Assembly (NCBI RefSeq): GCF_018977255.1
Contig: NW_024704742.1
Location: 54,500,001 to 54,564,000, forward strand
Source of the DNA: Callorhinchus milii
Taxonomy: Eukaryota
Direction of reading: 5' to 3'
DNA length: 64,000 nucleotides
Below are positions 63,946-64,000 of the stretch, one piece after another; positions within the stretch are counted from its first letter, which is position 1; each line of letters starts with the position of its first letter. A program made the translations under genes and the position numbers. Below the pieces are notes generated by a model. The model saw only the letters and a program-made list of their open reading frames with translations, was not told where the DNA came from and searched no databases.

Positions 63946-64000
63946 TATCAACCCCAGAATGAAATAATGTATCGCTTTTAACTCTGTATAGGGAGGTGGC

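Noticed and set aside
1..64000. Remaining short ORFs, and any CRISPR or prokaryotic system
   Set aside because: ORFs are antisense or off-frame repeat translations or chance ORFs; no regularly spaced repeat-spacer array or operon structure is present

Overview
Eukaryotic, AT-rich, repeat-dense non-coding DNA: a long intron or gene desert. The repeat complement points to a cartilaginous fish, probably a chimaera such as Callorhinchus; that is inferred from repeat families, not from a gene. I found no host protein-coding gene, true tRNA, rRNA or CRISPR array. Every ORF with a recognisable product is a degraded LINE ORF2 (L2 or CR1). Contents: one apparently full-length single-ORF L2 (5989-9566, 7-bp TSD), many truncated L2 and CR1 copies, a young tRNA-Ala-headed SINE in short and long variants that shares its 3' tail with L2, older Deu-domain SINEs, AmnSINE2-like relics, two solo LTRs, hAT and Tigger-like MITEs, and several foldback elements. 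The most notable observations are a SINE-head/L2 chimera, a perfect 30-nt inverted templated insertion and other foldback repair scars, a candidate minus-strand recursive splice site (53047/53046), and candidate plus-strand micro-exons followed by an ACUAAC array (62152-62338). I cannot support a claim of a wholly new biological system. Boundaries of old repeats were read by eye and are approximate.
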